In this document: piece after piece, positions 29,057 through 32,000 of the stretch | Layout: the number at the start of each line of letters is the position of its first letter | Numbering within the stretch: position 1 is the first letter of the stretch | Source of the DNA: Oceanidesulfovibrio indonesiensis | GTDB lineage: Bacteria > Desulfobacterota > Desulfovibrionia > Desulfovibrionales > Desulfovibrionaceae | Assembly (NCBI RefSeq): GCF_007625075.1 | Contig: NZ_QMIE01000003.1 | Span: forward strand, 11,326 to 43,325 | Reading direction: 5' to 3' | Length of the DNA stretch: 32,000 nucleotides | Position numbers and translations under genes: made by a program | The notes under the pieces: generated by a model | Told to the model about the DNA's origin: nothing | The model's database searches: none | What the model saw: only the letters and a program-made list of their open reading frames with translations

Positions 29057-29290
29057 ATGCCCCTGTACGAATACCGCTGCACCGATTGCAACACGGAGTT
29101 CGAGGAACTCGTGAACGCGTCCCAGGCTGACGATAAGCGTCACGCACCACGCTGCCCGAAGTGCAAATCCGAGAAGACCGTGCGCATCCTGTCAGCGGCT
29201 ACCGTGCGTTCCAGCTCCGCTGGACCGGGCGGTCTCGGCTCATTGGGATCCATGGGCGGCGGCTGCGCCCCATCCGGCGGCTTTTCCTGA
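29057..29290 (+). CDS. FmdB-family zinc-ribbon protein (CxxC_CxxC_SSSS type)
   Basis: 77 aa from ATG 29057 (MPLYEYRCTDCNTEFEELV...CPKCKS). Two CxxC pairs and a Gly/Ser-rich tail, the hallmark of this family. SD ACGGAGA. Confidence 0.85.
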   Translation: MPLYEYRCTDCNTEFEELVNASQADDKRHAPRCPKCKSEKTVRILSAATVRSSSAGPGGLGSLGSMGGGCAPSGGFS

Positions 29291-29301
29291 GGCTGACAAC
29301 C

Positions 29302-29330
29302 GGGCCGCGGTCGGCGGCCCCTGTTTGTTT
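29302..29330 (+). terminator. Hairpin plus T-rich tract between the fmdB-like gene and htpG (possible partial terminator/attenuator)
   Basis: GGGCCGC (29302-29308) pairs with GCGGCCC (29314-29320) across a 5-nt loop, then CTGTTTGTTT. Confidence 0.4.
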
Positions 29331-29388
29331 CGAGTGCGGATACTACCGTCAAACCCAAACAACGCAGCGTTGAACCGGAGAGACGACC

Positions 29389-31326
29389 ATGGCCAACACA
29401 ACCGGCGAGCAGTTCGAATTCAAAGCCGAAGTCAGCAAACTGCTCAACATCATCACCCACTCCCTGTACACCAACCGCGAAATCTTCCTGCGCGAGCTCA
29501 TATCCAACGCATCCGACGCGCTGGACAAGCTGCGCTTCGAACAGAGCCGGGGCGCCGAGATCACCGCGCCGGAACTGCCGCTCCAGATATCCATATCCAT
29601 CGATGAAGACGCAGGCACGCTCACCGTGGCCGATACCGGCGTGGGCATGACCCACGACGAGCTCATGGAGAACCTGGGCTCCATCGGCAAATCCGGCTCG
29701 GAAGACTTCCTCAACAAGCTGTCCGAAGCAGCCGCCGAAGCCAAGGCAGAGGGCTCCGCCGACGCCACCTCCATTATCGGCCGGTTTGGCGTGGGCTTCT
29801 ATTCCGTGTTCATGGTCGCGGACAAAGTCACCGTGACTACCCGATCCTGCCAGCCCGGCCAGCATGCCTACCGCTGGGAGTCGGACGGCGCCGGCACCTT
29901 CACGGTGGAGCCTGTTGGCGACAGCGAGGACGCACCGGAACGCGGCGCTCGCGTCACCATCCACATGCGCGAGGATGCCAGAGACTTCCTGAATAAATTC
30001 CGTCTCGAACAGATCATCAAGACGCATTCGAACTTCGTGGCCTTCGACATCCTGCTGGAGGGTGATAAGGTCAACACCACCCCGGCCCTGTGGCGCGAGC
30101 CCAAGTTCGAAATCACGCCGGAGCAGTACAGCGACTTCTACAAGTCCCAGACCATGGATACCGAAGACCCGCTCGACGTGATCCACTTCTCAGTGGACGC
30201 GCCCGTGCAGTTCACCGCGCTCGCCTTCATCCCCAAACGAAGCCGCGACCTCTACGGCCTCTCCCAGGGCGACTATGGCCTGGACCTCTACGTGCGCCGC
30301 GTGCTCATCACCAAGGACTTCAAGGACCTGCTGCCCGAATACCTCGGCTTTCTCGAAGGTCTGGTCGACACTGAAGACCTGCCCTTGAACATTTCCCGCG
30401 AGACGCTCCAGGAAAACATCCTCGTCCGCAAGATCGCCACGACCGTGACCAGGCAGACCCTTTCCCACCTCGGCACGATGGCCGAGAAAGAGCCGGAGAA
30501 GTACGCCGACTTCTGGAAGGAGCACGGCACGGTCTTCAAGCACGGCTACGCCGACTTCGGCAACCGCGAGAAATTCGGCCCCCTGCTGCGCTTCAACTCC
30601 TCGCACCACGAGGACAAGCATGGGCTCACCTCCCTGGACGGGTACATCGAGCGCATGGAAGAAGGGCAGGAGGCCGTCTACTACATCGCCGGCTCCAGCC
30701 GGGAGGCCATAGCCCTCAATCCGCACACCGAGATGTTCCGGCGCAAGGGGCTCGAGGTCCTCTACCTGTACGAGCCCATCGACGAGTTCGTGCTGGAGAC
30801 CCTCGGCGCCTACAAGGAAAAGCAACTCCTCGCAGCCGAGCACGTGAAGCCCGAGGACCTGGACAAGTTCGCCGACGTGGACGAGGCGGATAAGAAATCC
30901 CCGGAACTCTCGGATGCAGACCGCTCCACCCTGGACGCCATGATCGGGCGCGTGAAGGAAATCCTCGGCGAACGCGTCACGGACGTGCGCGTTTCGGCAC
31001 GGCTTACTTCCAGCCCGGCGGTCCTCGTCAGCCCGGACGGCTCCATATCCTCCCACATGCAGAAAATCATGCGGACCCTGAACAAGGAGACCGATCCGCC
31101 GAAGAAAACCCTGGAGCTGAACCCGGACCACCCGCTGCTGCGCAACCTGCTGGCCGTCTACAAGAAGGACCCGCAGGACGCCTACCTCATCACGGCTGTG
31201 GAGCAGCTGTTCGAGTCCTCCCTGCTGATGGACGGCTACCTTTCCGATCCCCACGCCATGGTGGAGCGCATCAACTCGCTGCTCGAAAAATCCAGTGGCT
31301 GGTACCTGGAGGTGAAAGGGGAATAG
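29389..31326 (+). CDS. htpG: Molecular chaperone HtpG (Hsp90 family)
   Basis: 645 aa. N-terminal GHKL ATPase motifs LLNIITHSLYTNREIFLRELISNASDALDK, DTGVGMT, IGRFGVGFYS. Full-length middle and C-terminal domains. Confidence 0.97.
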   Translation: MANTTGEQFEFKAEVSKLLNIITHSLYTNREIFLRELISNASDALDKLRFEQSRGAEITAPELPLQISISIDEDAGTLTVADTGVGMTHDELMENLGSIGKSGSEDFLNKLSEAAAEAKAEGSADATSIIGRFGVGFYSVFMVADKVTVTTRSCQPGQHAYRWESDGAGTFTVEPVGDSEDAPERGARVTIHMREDARDFLNKFRLEQIIKTHSNFVAFDILLEGDKVNTTPALWREPKFEITPEQYSDFYKSQTMDTEDPLDVIHFSVDAPVQFTALAFIPKRSRDLYGLSQGDYGLDLYVRRVLITKDFKDLLPEYLGFLEGLVDTEDLPLNISRETLQENILVRKIATTVTRQTLSHLGTMAEKEPEKYADFWKEHGTVFKHGYADFGNREKFGPLLRFNSSHHEDKHGLTSLDGYIERMEEGQEAVYYIAGSSREAIALNPHTEMFRRKGLEVLYLYEPIDEFVLETLGAYKEKQLLAAEHVKPEDLDKFADVDEADKKSPELSDADRSTLDAMIGRVKEILGERVTDVRVSARLTSSPAVLVSPDGSISSHMQKIMRTLNKETDPPKKTLELNPDHPLLRNLLAVYKKDPQDAYLITAVEQLFESSLLMDGYLSDPHAMVERINSLLEKSSGWYLEVKGE

Positions 31327-31449
31327 CGGCGCCTGCACATCGATATGCGATGCGGACGCCTCGCAGCGGCCACCTTGCATTTTCTGACGTGCAGAGATCA
31401 CCCCTTGTTCTGTCGACGGCTTCCGCCGCTGTTCTCAGGGACACCAACG

Positions 31450-31486
31450 CCCTGGCGCCATGTAAGACGGCGCCGGGGCTTTTTTT
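31450..31486 (+). terminator. Rho-independent terminator downstream of htpG
   Basis: CCCTGGCGCC (31450-31459) pairs with GGCGCCGGGG (31469-31478): 10 bp including one G-U. The loop is 9 nt, followed by C and T7 (31480-31486). Confidence 0.75.
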
Positions 31487-31650
31487 CGACGGAGGGAAAA
31501 AGGATGACTGGAGCATGCAGCGCATATCCTTGAGCTCCTGATATGACTCAGCGATCGTTCTTTTCGGCAACCTGCGAGCATATGCTTTGCATAGTCACCT
31601 TCCATCATTCTCCGCCGCCCGCCCGTTATGGCGGGCAGTTCTCGCGAGCA

Positions 31651-31679
31651 TTGACCTGGCTCTCACCCTTGCGTAAATT
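31651..31679 (+). promoter_or_regulatory. Sigma-70-type promoter for the riboswitch-sugE transcript
   Basis: TTGACC (31651-31656), a 17-nt spacer, then TAAATT (31674-31679). The predicted TSS is about 10 nt upstream of the first riboswitch hairpin. Confidence 0.55.
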
Positions 31680-31696
31680 CGGGCGCTTATCATCTG

Positions 31697-31750
31697 TGCT
31701 CAGGACGACCTGGGCAACATTCATCCACGCGCAGGGACGACCCTCGCCTG
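31697..31750 (+). promoter_or_regulatory. Guanidine-II (mini-ykkC) riboswitch
   Basis: Two tandem hairpins each capped by an ACGA tetraloop. P1 is TGCTCAGG-ACGA-CCTGGGCA (31697-31716; 8 bp with one G-U). P2 is (GC)AGGG-ACGA-CCCT(C)GC (31731-31747). A linker of about 14 nt separates them. The element lies directly upstream of an SMR guanidinium exporter gene, the classic genomic context of this motif. Confidence 0.85.
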
Positions 31751-31765
31751 CTAACGAGATTTTCC

Positions 31766-32000
31766 ATGAACATGGCTTGGGTTGCTCTGATCTTTGCCGG
31801 TATACTTGAAGCTGGTTGGGCGTTAGGGCTCAAGGCGAGCAACGGCTTCACACGACCAGTTCCTTCCGTACTGACCATCCTCGCCATGATTGCGAGTTTT
31901 TATCTGCTTTCGCAGGCGATGAAAGTCCTTCCTGTTGGCACGGCCTATGCGATATGGGTTGGAATAGGCGCAACAGGCACCGTCATCCTTGGCATTTTCT
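31766..32000 (+). CDS. sugE: SMR-family guanidinium exporter Gdx/SugE (5' part, runs off window end)
   Basis: Absent from the ORF track because it has no stop in the window. Translation M(N)[76 protein letters not shown] aligns closely with SugE, including the essential membrane Glu (ILEAGW). Start is ATG 31766 or 31772. Confidence 0.9.
   Translation, partial: MNMAWVALIFAGILEAGWALGLKASNGFTRPVPSVLTILAMIASFYLLSQAMKVLPVGTAYAIWVGIGATGTVILGIF

Noticed and set aside
31491-31533. GGAGGG SD followed 7 nt later by a 9-codon mini-ORF (MTGACSAYP*), just after the htpG terminator.
   Set aside because: Well-spaced SD/ATG pairs occur by chance. The ORF is too short to evaluate, has no obvious link to the downstream riboswitch promoter, and no conservation data are available.
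31571-31637. Imperfect palindrome TGCGAGCAT/ATGCTTTGCA and a 7-bp hairpin GCCCGCC/GGCGGGC upstream of the sugE promoter, considered as an operator or terminator.
   Set aside because: The hairpin has no U-run. The palindrome is imperfect and lies about 60 nt upstream of the -35. Evidence is insufficient for a feature call.

Overview
High-GC (about 60-65% by eye) bacterial chromosomal window. It is densely packed with core and housekeeping genes, and the gene content and style resemble a Desulfovibrio-like sulfate reducer; that taxonomic call is inference only. I support about 27 CDS. Positions 1-14521 form one + strand block: hrcA(3' end)-grpE-dnaK, then an LpoA-like lipoprotein-gatC-gatA-mnmA-mtaB string, then yicC-remA-gmk-TPR-HDOD-recJ. 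Positions 14645-25358 form one - strand block: MCP, an Isf-like flavoprotein, then an almost gapless string of an ABC transporter (SBP, permease, ATPase), EamA, a RACo-like 2Fe-2S/ASKHA protein, an Rsm22-like methyltransferase, lipB and lipA. The last 6.5 kb is mixed: a PilZ protein, ltaE, a composite envelope protein, an FmdB zinc-ribbon gene, htpG, and a guanidine-II riboswitch in front of a truncated sugE/gdx. I found no rRNA, tRNA, CRISPR array, IS element, integrase, prophage remnant or recognisable defence or toxin system. I do not see convincing evidence for a novel multi-gene system. Four observations are most worth a second look. (1) A clean tandem ACGA-loop (mini-ykkC / guanidine-II) riboswitch with its own promoter lies upstream of sugE. 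(2) An in-frame gap of about 22 aa in LipA removes a conserved beta/alpha unit. (3) The Fe-S/SAM-themed RACo-like, Rsm22-like, lipB, lipA cluster. (4) A secreted DUF4124-like / Met-Gln-rich / DUF5684-like fusion protein. Many long ORFs in the six-frame track are antisense shadows typical of high-GC DNA, and I rejected them.
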